Notes under the pieces: generated by a model | Databases searched by the model: none | What the model was told of the DNA's origin: nothing | Seen by the model: the letters and a program-made list of their open reading frames with translations, nothing else | Program-made: the position numbers and the translations under genes | Assembly: GCF_009914755.1 (NCBI RefSeq) | Contig: NC_060933.1 | Direction: 5' to 3' (one strand) | DNA length: 64,000 nucleotides | Origin: the human T2T-CHM13v2.0 reference genome, Homo sapiens | Part shown: positions 16,631 through 30,016 of the stretch, one piece after another | Layout of the letters: the number at the start of each line of letters is the position of its first letter | Numbering within the stretch: the stretch's first letter is position 1

Positions 16631-18809
16631 TTAATAATTCATTAAAAAACTAAAACACATACACAAAAAAACTCATATTGTGGAGGCTTCCCCAGCCTTC
16701 ATGCAAATTAAAGTTTTTTTTACTAATACCCATTTAATCCAACCGTACAGTGGCAATTATAATGTATTACAGCTATTTGCATATTTGTAATAATTTTCAC
16801 TGGATTATGGGCTTCAGTATTTCATTTAACTTATTTTTTCATTATGCCTGGTGTTTAATAGATGCTTAATAAAAGTTTGTTGAATACAAATTAAAAAAAT
16901 AAAGTTGCATTGCATTGAGGTTCTCTGCACACCTGGCTACCTCATTCTCTCAGCACTCAAGAAATTCTGGGACTACTCTTGGGCTATTTGTCATGGAAGA
17001 ACTTAAATTTTTCAAATGACAAATTCCATATTTAAGTTCTTTGTAAAACAAAATCGACTTGAAAACAGCCCAAATATTTGAAACTGCAAGTTGATTTCAC
17101 TGAGTGCCCTTTTAGGATTTTACGTAGTTATGGAGCAGGGGAAGCCAGGCAAGATTATTTGAAAAGATACTGAAACCGTAAACATGTCCTTCTTCTCCCA
17201 AAGTGCTGTCACTACTACGTAAAATAAAAGGAAGCTTTCAACCATGGGAACTTTCTAGCCTATTGCCATTCTAGGAAAAGAACTGAGCAGAGAATTTTAG
17301 CATTTCTGAAGGGCTGCAAAAGAAAAATGATGTGATTACTCTTTTAAAAGTGTAATGGCTGATGAAGTACTAGGCAACTATCAATGAATTATTAATATCA
17401 GTGCTCAGCATTGCAGTTGGACAATTGGGATTTCTTATTCTCACTTACCTTCACTGAAGTGTTTTTAGAGCAGGTGGGTCAATGCTATAATATCTTAAGG
17501 AGCCCATTTCAGGTTCTATGTAAAGATCTAATCTCAGACAACCCCATGAAGATTTCTTTAATTTTTAGAGTTAACCTTGGAAGTAATGTCGTATTTGAAA
17601 TGGGTGGTAAGGATAGAAGAAAAATTAAATATGAAAGTGATGACAATGATGATGACTTTTTTTTTTTTTTTAACAATGCAGCTTTGGCAGAAATTAACAA
17701 AAGTAAAGCAAGTACACCAGAGACTGAGAAATAAGTCTACCTATTAAGACAGACTCAACCAGGAAGTATAAAAAAGAAGTTGATGCAACTAAGGATTAAG
17801 TGTCTACTATTTTTCTTTTTGAAGTTACCATGGGAAACTCAGGCTATTCCTATGTAGTGAAAAAGTGTTAAAGAATTATGCTGGACACATATGATTCCTC
17901 CCTCTACTACATCGTTCTAAGAAGATCAAGTAAAGTTTGTGTTAGTATTTTTGTGTCTAAAGCACCAAAATTCTCTGAATCTATGGATTCATTGAGGGTC
18001 CAGGTGATATAAACTAGATATTCTTTATATTAAAAATAACCTGATCTAGTTGCCTCTGATTAGACACAAACCCTAATTTTCTTCTACTTGATTCCAAGAG
18101 GCAATTTGCATGATTCCTAGAGATGTAATAGGAGAGCAAGTGAATATTTCTATTAATTAAAGTGCATGCTTTAATTAATGTGCATTAAACATCATCAGAG
18201 AGTTCTGGAAGTAAAGGCAGGGAAAGGAAGTAGATCTATTCATGGTTGCCCTTTAGGGCTCAATGAGGTTTTACTGCCATTTTCCTCACAGCTTGACAGA
18301 AGCAAAGTAATGGTGAAGAGGTCTGTGGTCCCTCTTTGCAGCCTCCTGGCTAAATAAAGCTAATGAAGTAGAAAAATGTTATTGATAAAACTAGCCTGTG
18401 TTTCACAATACACCCCTTCAGCTGGAAACTGTTCAGTGTTTGTGTTAATCTGTTCTGACCTCAATCATCTTTCTTTTTTTGGCTTCCAAATGCTAAATGG
18501 TGGCTTGTTATTTGTCCTCAATAAGCTGAAAAATAATCCCACTCTTAAGTTCCCCACAATACTTCAATACAGTGTATAAAGGCAAAACCAACAATATGCA
18601 TTTTTTTTTCTGTAAGGAGATAAAAGGATTATATGGATTTTTCAAGACTTAATGGTAGAAAAGCCTTAGAAATAACTGTTTCAGTTGATAGCTCCATTAG
18701 TGTAAATCTTTTGACTCCCATTTCTTTAAATACAACACTGAACTAAAAATGGACTGTTGTAAAATTATGTACAAAATGAAATGTTAATTCCAGTCCCATA
18801 CTAATTAAT

Positions 18810-18925
18810 TTGAGTGAAAATTTCTTGACAGCAGAGGTTTCATTTCTTGTTTTCCATTGTATCTGCAAGAACACAGAAGAGTGTCTAATGCATGGTAAAT
18901 GCTCAAAAATATCCAAATAGATTTC
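18810..18925 (+). mobile_element. L2 3'-end fragment
   Basis: ttcttgacagcagagg...gtgtctaatgcatggtaaatgctcaaaaatat. Confidence 0.5.
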
Positions 18926-20169
18926 AAGAATATAGATACTTCACTGCACTACTCCGTTGCTAATTTTGTCACTATTCTGTTCACTCTTTTCTAAGAAAAT
19001 GCTTTATTTTACTGTTTTAAATTTTATTTTAAAGCCCTGTGTTATTTTACAAACCATAGAAGTGTCTTTGATTCAGATACTCCAAATTATGGCAAAGTGA
19101 ACTGGATATGGTAAGTCATTTTCGAGAGGATTTTAAACATACTTGTCCTCAACATTCGATGGAGAATTTATTGAACAACTCACAAAAGTGCCTGAAAGTT
19201 AGCTTATCACTCAGCCAGAGAACTACAAGGCCATATCAGTTAAGCCTTGGCATTTCTATCTAGTGATATGCCGAATCGGCCTCCAAAAAATGGTTGTGCG
19301 AAGTTAAAGAATTTATATCAAAAGCATCGTGCAGGAATCCCTGAAAATGTGTAATATCCATCTAAAGAACTGTGCTTAATATCTAACTATAGGGTTGGTT
19401 AAAAAAATAGCAAGGCTTAAAAATATACTACATCCGAGGCATTTCAAAGCAGAGAGCCACAGCAGTGCACCTTTGTAACAATTCACCCAGATTTTCTAAG
19501 TTTCCCTATCCTGCTGATTATTAACAGATTGTTATTACTGAATATTTAATAGAGACAAAAATATTTCATGTTAAGTGAGAATCAGTAAAAACAATGTACA
19601 AACGAACAGGTGATCATTTTCATCAGAAACTTTTCTGCTTCTTATCTTTGTGAAAAGAGCACACTTCTTTTGTTGTTATAATTTTAACTGAATTTTAAGA
19701 AGAAACTGATGAAATTCATTTAAAACACTGTCAACTGTTCTTTAGGGACAGCTTCGTTAAGGGCTGGCTCTAATCCAAGGCTTTGCCTCTAAGCCAAGTT
19801 TCCAGGGTTCATATAAAGTTTTCGGATTAGTTCTATTGTAACACTTTAAAATTGCTATCTCTTTTGTTTAGGTAATTTGCCCCAATATATTATTGTACTA
19901 AGATGTTGGAAATAAAATCATATACACTGTGACAAAAATCAAGAAGACTAAATAACTTATATTTTAATAGTCATTAAAGTTCAAACATATTGAGCCATGA
20001 GGGTTATTATTAGCAGGGTGGAAAACAGCAGGCATGCAAATGATAGAATACAGACCATTTCCATTGCTACTGCATGCATTAAAATTATTGATTTTAAATT
20101 GGTCAAATGGACTGGGACTGGAAGTGATTATTTTGGCCTATGACTATTAGACATATGGTGGTTAGTCAT

Positions 20170-20355
20170 AGTAATGACGACTGTTTACTTAGCTTCTACT
20201 ATGTACCCCAATGTATGTACTAAGATTTTAATTCCACAGATGAGAAACATAAAACTCAAGGTAACTGCTATTTTATCAAGCTCCCAAAGCTACAATGTGA
20301 ATGAATCTCAAAGCTAAGCTGAACTCTCTCAAATCTAAACTGAGTATTTCTGACA
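20170..20355 (-). mobile_element. MIR fragment
   Basis: ttccacagatgagaaacataaaactcaag matches the antisense MIR core. Confidence 0.5.
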
Positions 20356-20477
20356 GTGTGCTCAAAATAAGTATGGAAGACTAACACAAGAGTGCTAAAA
20401 ATGAAAACTATTTTTATCTCCACTGGAAAATCAGTCATCATGAAAAAATAAGTCAAAAATTATGAAAGAAAAATTAT

Positions 20478-20665
20478 CAACTGGGGACTACTAGAGGGAG
20501 GAGGAAGAAAGGGCGGCATGGGCTGAAAATGTATCTATTGGTTGCTATGCTTACTACCTGGGTGATGGGATCATTATTACCCCAAATGTTAGCATGACAC
20601 ATTATACCCATTTAACAAATCTGCACATGTACCCTCAGAATCCAAAATAAAAGTTGAAAAAAATG
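20478..20665 (+). mobile_element. Short L1 3' end (L1PB4/L1PA17-like)
   Basis: ctggggactactagaggg...tactacctgggtgatgggatc...ctgcacatgtaccctcagaatccaaaataaaagttgaaaaaaa. Confidence 0.8.
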
Positions 20666-21357
20666 AATAAAACACAAATTATTGTCACCTTCCCCCAAAT
20701 TCCATTTCTCTCTAATGTAAATGAGATCTATAAGAATGTTCCAAAGTTATAGCAATGAGGATGTAAGTAACTTATTATTAATACACAACCAGCAAATGTA
20801 GTACTTATAATTTCTTAATAATCGTGTTTCTATGTTAATTACTAACTATCCCTCTTCTAATAAGTTGCTGCCTTACAAAGACCAGAGGAGCTATTTACTG
20901 AATCTCCAGGGCCTAGGCAGAAGTGGAATGCAATGAGGAAGACAGGCATGAGAATTTATATTAATCACAGTGAAGAATCACATGTGGGAAATATATGAAA
21001 ATGGAAGGGCTGGATTAACAGAATGAGTGCTAGTAGAATATACTTATTTTTCTCTTATTTTAGACAGTATTATTTAGAACTCAACCTTGTAATTTAAAGC
21101 AATTTTAATAAGTAGTCCATACTTCATTGGGCTAGGGCCTACACAAAATAACACTTTAAAATGTACATTTTTAAAGACAAATAAATGAATACACCCACAC
21201 ACACACATTTACAGGAATTTTGCATTGTTTCCTGAAAACGTGTTCTGCTTGTTTGAAATTAATGTTAGTTTATTTTATAGCTTAATATATTTTTAAAAGA
21301 GGTTCATGGCTAATTGAAAAGAGAAAAGTATTTTCTGCTCCAGAGTATACTGTCCAG

Positions 21358-21452
21358 GATAGATAGATAGATAGATAGATAGATTGATAGATAGATAGAT
21401 AGATAGATAGATATAGATATATAGACATATAGATATAGATATAGATACATAT
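21358..21452 (+). repeat. (GATA)6 GATT (GATA)7 tetranucleotide STR followed by degenerate TAGATA units
   Basis: Directly visible. Confidence 0.97.
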
Positions 21453-21719
21453 GATCACTTTTATAAATAAAATGCTCAAATATTCTATTTTCTTCCTTCT
21501 TTCATCTACTAAGAGATAAGTTAAAATTTCCCAATATTATCATATTCATATTAATTTTTCCATCATGTTTTCTACTGGTTTGTCTATGTATTTTGATGCC
21601 ATTTTAGGTTATCTTCCACAAACGGATTTCTGACCTACTTCTCAAACCTTACAGTCTTTTAATAAAGGGGTTAAGAAGTAGTAAATCAAAGTGTCAGTTT
21701 CTCCACTTTCAGGCCGGAA

Positions 21720-22920
21720 CTTGTTAAAGGTCATTCTTTAATTTGAGCTACTTTAATGGGTGAGCACTGGTATCCCATTGTGTTTTCCACGTATTTTCCC
21801 AAAAAGTAATAATGTTGAGCTGATTTTTCTGTTTATTGCCATAAGCATACCGCTTTGGTTATCCAAAATTTCTGAACAATTTTAAATCAGTGGGGTTTTT
21901 TTCTGTTAATTGAATTGTAAGAGTTATTTTAAATTCTGAAATATTGTTTCTGTCTGCATTTAAATAGTATTGCTCCCCTTTCTTCTAGCCTTTATGGTTT
22001 CAGAAGAGAAGCCCATTGCTATTCACATTATGTTGCCCTGTATGCAGTATGACATGTTTCATTGGCTACTTCAAATTTATTATTTGTCTTTAATTTTAAC
22101 TAATTTTAATACTATGTTCCTAGGCATTGTTCTATTTCAATATATCATGTTTGTAGTTCTTTTGCTTCTGAAAACGGTACATTTACATATTTCATCAAAT
22201 TTGAAAAGTTTGGGGCAATTGTTTGCTTATTTGTTTTGGAATTGTTATTCTCTTATCTGATAGAACTTTAATAATCCATATGTCAGACATTTCAATAGCA
22301 TGCCATAGCTTCCCTAGGCTCCATTCATTTTGTGAATTTTTATGCGTCACCTTTCTCTTGGGTAATTTCTGTTAATCTATCTTCAAGTTCATTCACTCTT
22401 TAATCATCTCTGTTTTGCTACTAAGGCAACAAGTGAATGGCTTGTGAAAGAAGTATTTCAGATATTTTTAAATCCTGAAAATCCATTGGATCTTTTTATG
22501 TTTTCTATTTTTCCATGCTGAATTTATAACTTTTCATTATTAAGAGTGTCTTTTTCAGCTTCACTGAGTATTGTTCTCATAGCTCCTTTATAGTCATTGT
22601 CTGTCCTACATCTAGTCACCATGAGTTACAATGTGTTCATTTTCTCATAATTTTCACTTTATTCTAGACAATGTGTATGCTAATGTGTAAATTTGTGATT
22701 CAGTTACATTGTTTAGACATGTGTTGCTGCTTTTATTTTAGTAGTCAATTAACTGTGTTATACTCACACCACAGTCTTTACAAAGCCTGCAGTTGAGTGC
22801 TGTCTCACTTCAGTCCTTTAACTGCTTTTAGTTCCAACCTTTGCTGGTATGGTTCATGGATTAGCCAACAATTCAGCTGGGTATATACAAAGAATTAGGG
22901 TTTTCCTTCTGTGACTTTTT
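21720..22920 (-). mobile_element. Old L1M fragments (antisense), host of the L1PA7 insertion
   Basis: ttctagcctttatggtttcagaagagaagccc...atcttcaagttcattcactc, typical of antisense L1M ORF1. Similarity appears to resume after 24540. Confidence 0.55.
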
Positions 22921-22928
22921 TTTCTGTC

Positions 22929-24536
22929 TTTTTTTTAATTATTATACTTTAAGTTCTGGGATACATGTGCAGAACATGCAGGTTTGTTACATAGGTATAC
23001 GCATGCCATGGTGGTTTGCTGTACCCATCAACCCATCATCTACATTAGGTATTTCTCCTAATGCTATCCCTCCCCTCGTCCCCCACCCCAACAGGCCACA
23101 GTGTGTGATGTTCCCCTCCCTGTGTCCATGTGTTCTCATTGCTCAACTCCCACTTGTGAATGAGAATATGTGGTGTTTTGTTTTCTGTTCCTGTGTTAAT
23201 TTGCTGACAATGATGGCTACCAGCTTTATCCATGTCCCTGCAAGGGACATGAACTCATTCTTTTTTATGGCTGCATAGTATTCCATGGTGTATATGTGCC
23301 ACATTTTCTTTATCCAGTCGATCATTGAGGGACATTTGGGTTGGCTCCAAGTCTTTGCTATTGTGAATAGTGCTGCAATAAACATAAATGTGCATGTGTC
23401 TTTATAGAAGAATGATTTATAATCCTTTGGGTATATACCTAGTAATGGGATTGCTGGGTCAAATGGTATTTCTGGTTCTAGATCCTTGAGGAATTGCCAC
23501 ACTGTCTTCTACAATGTTTGAACTAATTTACACTCCCACCAACAGTGTAAAAGTGTTCCTATTTCTCTACATCCTCTCCACCATCTGTTGTTTCCTGACT
23601 TTTTAATGATTGCCATTCTAACTGGCATGAGATGGTATCTGATTGTGATTTTGATTTGCATTTCTCTTATGACCAGTGATGATGAGCTTTTTTTCATATG
23701 TTTGATGGCCACATAAATGTCTTCTTTTGAGAAGTGTCTGTTCATACCCTTCACCTACTTTTGATGGGGTTGTTTGATTTTCTCTTGTAAAATTGTTGAA
23801 GTTCTTTGTAGATTCTGGATATTAGCCCTTTGTCAGATGGATAGATTGCAAAAATTTTCTCCTATTTTGTCGGTTTCCCATTCACTTTGCTGATAGCTTC
23901 TTTTGCTGTGCAGAAGCTCTATAGTTTAATTAGATCCTGTTTGTCAATTATGGCTTTTGTTGCCCTTGCTTTTGGTGTTTTAGTCGTGAAGTCTTTGCCC
24001 ATGACTATGCCTGAATGGTATTGCCTAGGTTTTCTTCTAGGGTTTTTATGGCTTTTATGCCTTATGTTTAAATCTTTAATTCATCTTGAGTAAATTTTTG
24101 TACGAGGTGTAAAGAAGGGGTCCAGTTTCTGTTTTCTGCATATGGCTAGCCAGTTTTCCCAACACTAGGTATTAACTATGAAATCCTTTCCTCATTTCTT
24201 GTTTTTGTCAGGTTTTTCAAAGATCAGATGGTTGTAGATGTTTGGCGTTATTTATGAGGCCTCTGATCTATTCCTTTGGTCTATGTATCTGTCTTGGTAC
24301 CAGTACCATGTTGTTTTGGTTACTGTTGCCTTGTAGTATTGTTTGAAGTCAGGTAGCTTGATGCCTCCCACTTTGCTCTTTTTTCTTAGGATTGTCTTGG
24401 CTATACCGGCTCTTTTTTGGTTCCATATGAAATTTGAAGTAGTTTTTTCTAATTCTGTGAAGAAAGTCCATGGTAGCTTGATGGATATAGCACTGAATCT
24501 ATAAATTACTTTGGTCAGTATGGCCATTTTCACAGT
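22929..24536 (-). mobile_element. 5'-truncated L1PA7/8-like element (~1.6 kb)
   Basis: Poly(T) then attatactttaagttctgggatacatgtgcag. Minus-strand ORFs encode ORF2 C-terminal peptides ([12 protein letters not shown]; [15 protein letters not shown]; [16 protein letters not shown]). Possible short TSD ttttctg. Confidence 0.93.
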
Positions 24537-26160
24537 ATTTTCTGGAGTTCTCCACTTACCTTTTGGCATCTCTGGTGATCCAGAGCTTTTTGCACTTGTT
24601 TTAGAAAGACAGCATGGTGTATTATAGGAGTTTTAAACACACTGAGCTGCCACTATTGAAACTATTGTGCTCTTCAGGGTGAAAGTTTGAATAATGGAGA
24701 AGCCACTAGGATAGATAACTTCCAACTTTCCATAAATTTTCACTCTTTTCTTCAAATATCCTGCTTTTTTTTAATTTTAAAATATTTTTGATTTTTTTTT
24801 CCAGAGTTCCTAACTATCATTTGCAGGGGGACTGGTTCATAACAAACTAACACCTCAATCCTATTTTTGTTTGCTTTGCTTATGTACTTTTGTTCTTTTG
24901 CTCATCATTTTATTTTTAATCTTTATGAATCTCTGCATTACAGAGGCAGTTTTAGTGTATATTTTGTCCTAATTTCTTTCTCATTCCCAATTAGTTGCTT
25001 ACATAGCGTCTAAAATTTGGAAAAGCTAGAAATAGATTCTTATTTATAATTTATGCTTATCCAAATAAGCATTTGAACAACTAAACCCAGAAAGGACCTT
25101 AAAAATTGAGATAAATATACTTGCACACAGTCATCCAATTTATGCCAAAACAAAAGATATAAAGAAAGATTAAAAATGGATGTCTTCAAATACAATAAAA
25201 TATTTAGACAGTGTGTCATAACAATACATATTTTAAAAGATTCAGGCCTTTCCTTCAATTTAGGTGTATTCTATTAACATCTTCGAGTTTTTTTTCTCTT
25301 TTTAAGGAGTACTAACTATGCATCCAATATCCTGTGTATTATCTAACTATCATATTCTCTTCTACCACTTTTACCTTTTTCTGTTTAGGGTGATTTTTCT
25401 AAAGATTTTTCTTCCTATTACTAACTCTATTTTCTGCATTTTTTTTCTATTGCTTTTACTGCACTTCCATAATACACTTCCTGTGTAACTCCTATTTATT
25501 TCACGAATTCTTCCAATTTTACAACTATTTCTGTTGTCTTATCCTTTCTTTTTTTAAATCACTGTATCTCCCTTTTTGTTTTTTCCAGGCATTTTTTTTT
25601 TTTTTTTTGCTTTACTTTCTTTGAGGAAATAGCAAGATATCTGTCTTAAGTCTGTTATGATTGCTTTGAAATTCTTAATCTGTTGCATATTTATTATCTG
25701 CTTGCTAGTTTAGTATTTTTTATTTTTTAATTTAAAAAAATTTTGGTATCTACGCATAGTTCTTTTTGACTTATGACTCGACTTTGAATACGTTCAGTTG
25801 AATCCGAGTCTACAACTTGCACAAAAATGTAAGGCCTCTAAAAACAGGATTCGGTGAGGGTGAGCTGGTAAAAGAGAGTCTTGGACACCCTGAGCCAACA
25901 CCACTGAAACTGTCATGATCTTCAACAGATAGGACAGCCAGCCCTTCAATTAAAATGTTTTTTTGATACTTTATTATTTTATCAGTTGGTTTGTTTTTAT
26001 AATAGCCCCATATTCCCGTAATTTTTTAAATTTCTCATTAAAACCATTTAGAATATGCCAAGAATTAATACAAATAACATTAAAAAATTTAGTTGTTTTG
26101 TAAACACTTTTTTTGTATGTCAGGCACTAATAACTATAAATCTATAAATTTCAAATTTCA

Positions 26161-26300
26161 ATTTTTTTTTTGTTTTTCATTTCTTTTTCTTTTTTTTTTT
26201 CTTTTTTGACAGAGTCTCACTTTGTTGACCAGGCTAGAGTGCAATGGTATGATCATGGCTAACTGCAGCCTCGACCTCCTGGGCTCAAGCCATTTTCCTA
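26161..26300 (-). mobile_element. AluJ right-arm/FLAM-type fragment
   Basis: T-tract followed by gacagagtctcactttgttgaccaggctagagtgcaatgg...gcagcctcgacctcctgggctcaagc (J-type diagnostics). Confidence 0.85.
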
Positions 26301-27352
26301 AATTCAGCCTGCTCCAACTCTACATTACTTCCACCATTATCCCACACCCTTAATATCCATTCCCATGCCCGTTCTCCAGATTTCTGTTTATATAAATTAG
26401 AAAACTCAAGCAATTATTTTTGAGTGTAGTGGACCTCCTCATAGGTCACACTCTCAACCTCACCTCTAGGGGCCTGCTGGGACTTTAGTCTAGTCATGGG
26501 TCTAGAAGCAAACAGGGGTGTTGGGAGTGGCTCCTGAGAAGAATCAACATTATCTTGCCTGGCAAATGCCTCAGGGGAGGCCATCACTGTTGCCTCAGGC
26601 AGTGTAGGGTTTATCTCCTCAGACAAATGTGAAAAGGCTGATGGCAGCATGGGTCAGGGAGGGGTTGTTGCCACTACTGGGAATGGGGAAGCTATTTCTT
26701 CTGGCAAAAAAGTTTCATCACAGTTTACAAACTCGATGTCCCCGTCTTCATCAGGGTACTCCCACACGTCCCCATTCCAAGGTTCAGGGTCCCACTCTTT
26801 TCCAATCAATGCCGTCACTTTAACAATAGACATCTTGTGAGGCAGGCACCTTTCCATTGCACATCCGCCATTTGCGTGATAAGAGCTTGTGTCTGTTTTT
26901 CCACAATTTCAGCTCTTTCTCAACAGGAGATAAGACTCACTCAGGCAAACTTAGGAGATTTGAGGCTCAGTATCTGCTTCTGAAGCTGGGAGACAGACTC
27001 CCTGAGTTAATCATTTTCTTTCATCACTACATCCACTGAACTTAGGAGCAACCAACCAGCTTCATTATGTTCCTTGGTTCTCTACATATGGTCAAAGGTA
27101 TTACGTGTAGAGTTACTAAACTCCTTGTCTCTCATGAGCAATGAATCAGGAGTGTCAAATGCATTCATTTTGCATAACTCTCTACACAGTTCACACCAAA
27201 GACTATCAGTGTTCTCCATACTATTAGAAGTAGAGTCTTAGCATTTTGGGGTCTAATCATATTAAGCAGCCAACCGCAGAAACCCCAAAACCAATGAAAG
27301 AACTCCATCCTTAATATTCTGTTCCTCTAGAACCACTCCTGGTACCAAAATA
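26299..27352 (-). mobile_element. HERV-L internal region (leader and 5' gag), truncated
   Basis: Peptides VKVTALIGKEWDPEPWNGDVWEYPDE, PLFASRPMTRLKSQQAPRGEVESV and LLEFSNLYKQKSGERAWEWILRVWDNGG match ERV-L Gag. ERV-L PBS-type sequence ttttggtaccaggagtggttc is adjacent to the LTR (minus strand, ~27330-27350). Confidence 0.92.
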
Positions 27353-27775
27353 TGTATTAGTCAGGGTTCTCTAGAGGGACAGAACTAATAGTTTATTAAC
27401 TATAAACTCACACAATCACAAGGTCCCACAATAGACCATCTGCAGGCTGAGGAGCAAGGAGAGCAAGTCTGAGTTCCAAAACTGAAGAACTTGGAGTCAA
27501 ACGTTCGAGGGCAGGAAGTATGCAGCACAGGAAAAAGATATAGGCTGGGAGTCTAGGCCCCTCTCTCTTTTCACATTTTTCTGCCTGCTTATATTTTAGG
27601 CATGCTGTCAGCTGATTAGATTGCGCCCATCCAGATTAAGGGTGAGTCTGCCTTTCCATGCCCACTGACTCAAATGTTAATCTCCTTTGGCAACACCCTC
27701 AGAGACACAACTCACAAGATCAATACTTTGTATCCTACAATCCAATAAAGTTGAAACTCAGTATTAACCATCACA
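27353..27775 (-). mobile_element. MLT2A1/MLT2A2 LTR (5' LTR of the HERV-L)
   Basis: Termini tgtattagtcagggttctctagagggacagaac ... gttgaaactcagtattaaccatcaca (TG...CA). Directly abuts the PBS. Confidence 0.93.
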
Positions 27776-27862
27776 ATATTTTTTTCTTCTAAATAAAATG
27801 GAGTAAGAATCTCAGTTATCAAAGGTACTGATAGAGCTAGATATTATAATTAAATTTCTGTT

Positions 27863-28122
27863 TAGAAAACCAAATACTGCATATTCTCACTTATAAGTGG
27901 GAGCTAAATGATGAGAACACCGGGACACATAGAAGGAAAGAACATACACTGGGGTCTTTCAGAGTGGGGAGGATGGGAGGAGGGAAGAGGATCTAGAAAA
28001 ATAACTAATGGATACTAGGCTTAATACCTGGGTGATAAAACAACAAACCCACATGACACAAGTCTACCTATGTAACAAACCTGCAATTGTACCCCTGAAC
28101 TTAAAATAAAAGTTAAAAAAAT
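27863..28122 (+). mobile_element. Short L1 3' end (L1PA13-like)
   Basis: aaataactaatggatactaggcttaatacctgggtgat...gtacccctgaacttaaaataaaagttaaaaaa. Confidence 0.85.
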
Positions 28123-28376
28123 ACATTTTTGTTTAATGAAAGAATGAGAAATGACACTTGTTTTCAGTACTTGATGTAAGAAAGCTTGTGCAAATACATT
28201 TACTGTCTCATTTAAATACAAAATATATCATTTTATATTTGATCATTTATGATCTGAAATAGCACTGAGTTCATGGCTTAGTGACTCAGTTGAATTAAAA
28301 TAACTGAGACACGAATTTATACCAAGCACTAGTGTTTAGTGCTGGACTTGAAAAAATAAGTCACAGGATTTGATTA

Positions 28377-28769
<393 letters not shown>

Positions 28770-29091
28770 TTAGCTGTGTCACAATAATTTAGTAATATTT
28801 GAATATTTAAAAAATTTTAAAAAACTCTCAGTTGAGTTTACATTAGTTTTGTTCATCTCTATGAAAAGTAGACTTTTTAAAATATGTTTTATAGATAAAT
28901 TATACATGTTCAAGAATTTGTTTTATGGTATTTTGAAAGAGAAGATAGTGGTGAATAAAGTTAAGTGAATAGAAAATTAATAATCTATTATTTGGCATTT
29001 ATAATTATTTTATTTGCTTTAATTTCCCTTCTTTGTCTTTTCCCCAGTGTAGACCATGCTTTGGTTCTACCTAAAATGTGGAAATTAATAA

Positions 29092-29430
<339 letters not shown>

Positions 29431-29450
29431 AGAAAAACACTTATTTTTAC

Positions 29451-29536
29451 CTTTCAACATCCGAGGAAAGTCAGAACAAGAGAAACGAGGTGAATTGTTC
29501 AAGTTGACCCAAGTGATTCGCCTTACCGTTACTCTC
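29451..29536 (-). other. Candidate exon (86 nt) of an unidentified minus-strand transcript
   Basis: Branch ctaat plus tttttattttctcctag| acceptor, AAG|gtaaaa donor, and four retained CpGs. Confidence 0.3.
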
Positions 29537-29721
29537 CTAGGAGAAAATAAAAATATATTAGCTATAGATATAGGACATCAACCAATCCAAAAACAAACAA
29601 ACAAAAAACCAGATCCCCCATGAAGGATTATGAAAAGCAGATGATAATGTAAATATAGTCTAATGTAAATATCATAGACAAGAGCCATGTTTCTGTCTGG
29701 CCTATTCAAAATTAACAGGCT

Positions 29722-30016
<295 letters not shown>

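Noticed and set aside
19390-19420. MADE1/miR-548-like start (ggttggttaaaaaaatagc)
   Set aside because: No matching inverted terminus, and the similarity is too weak.
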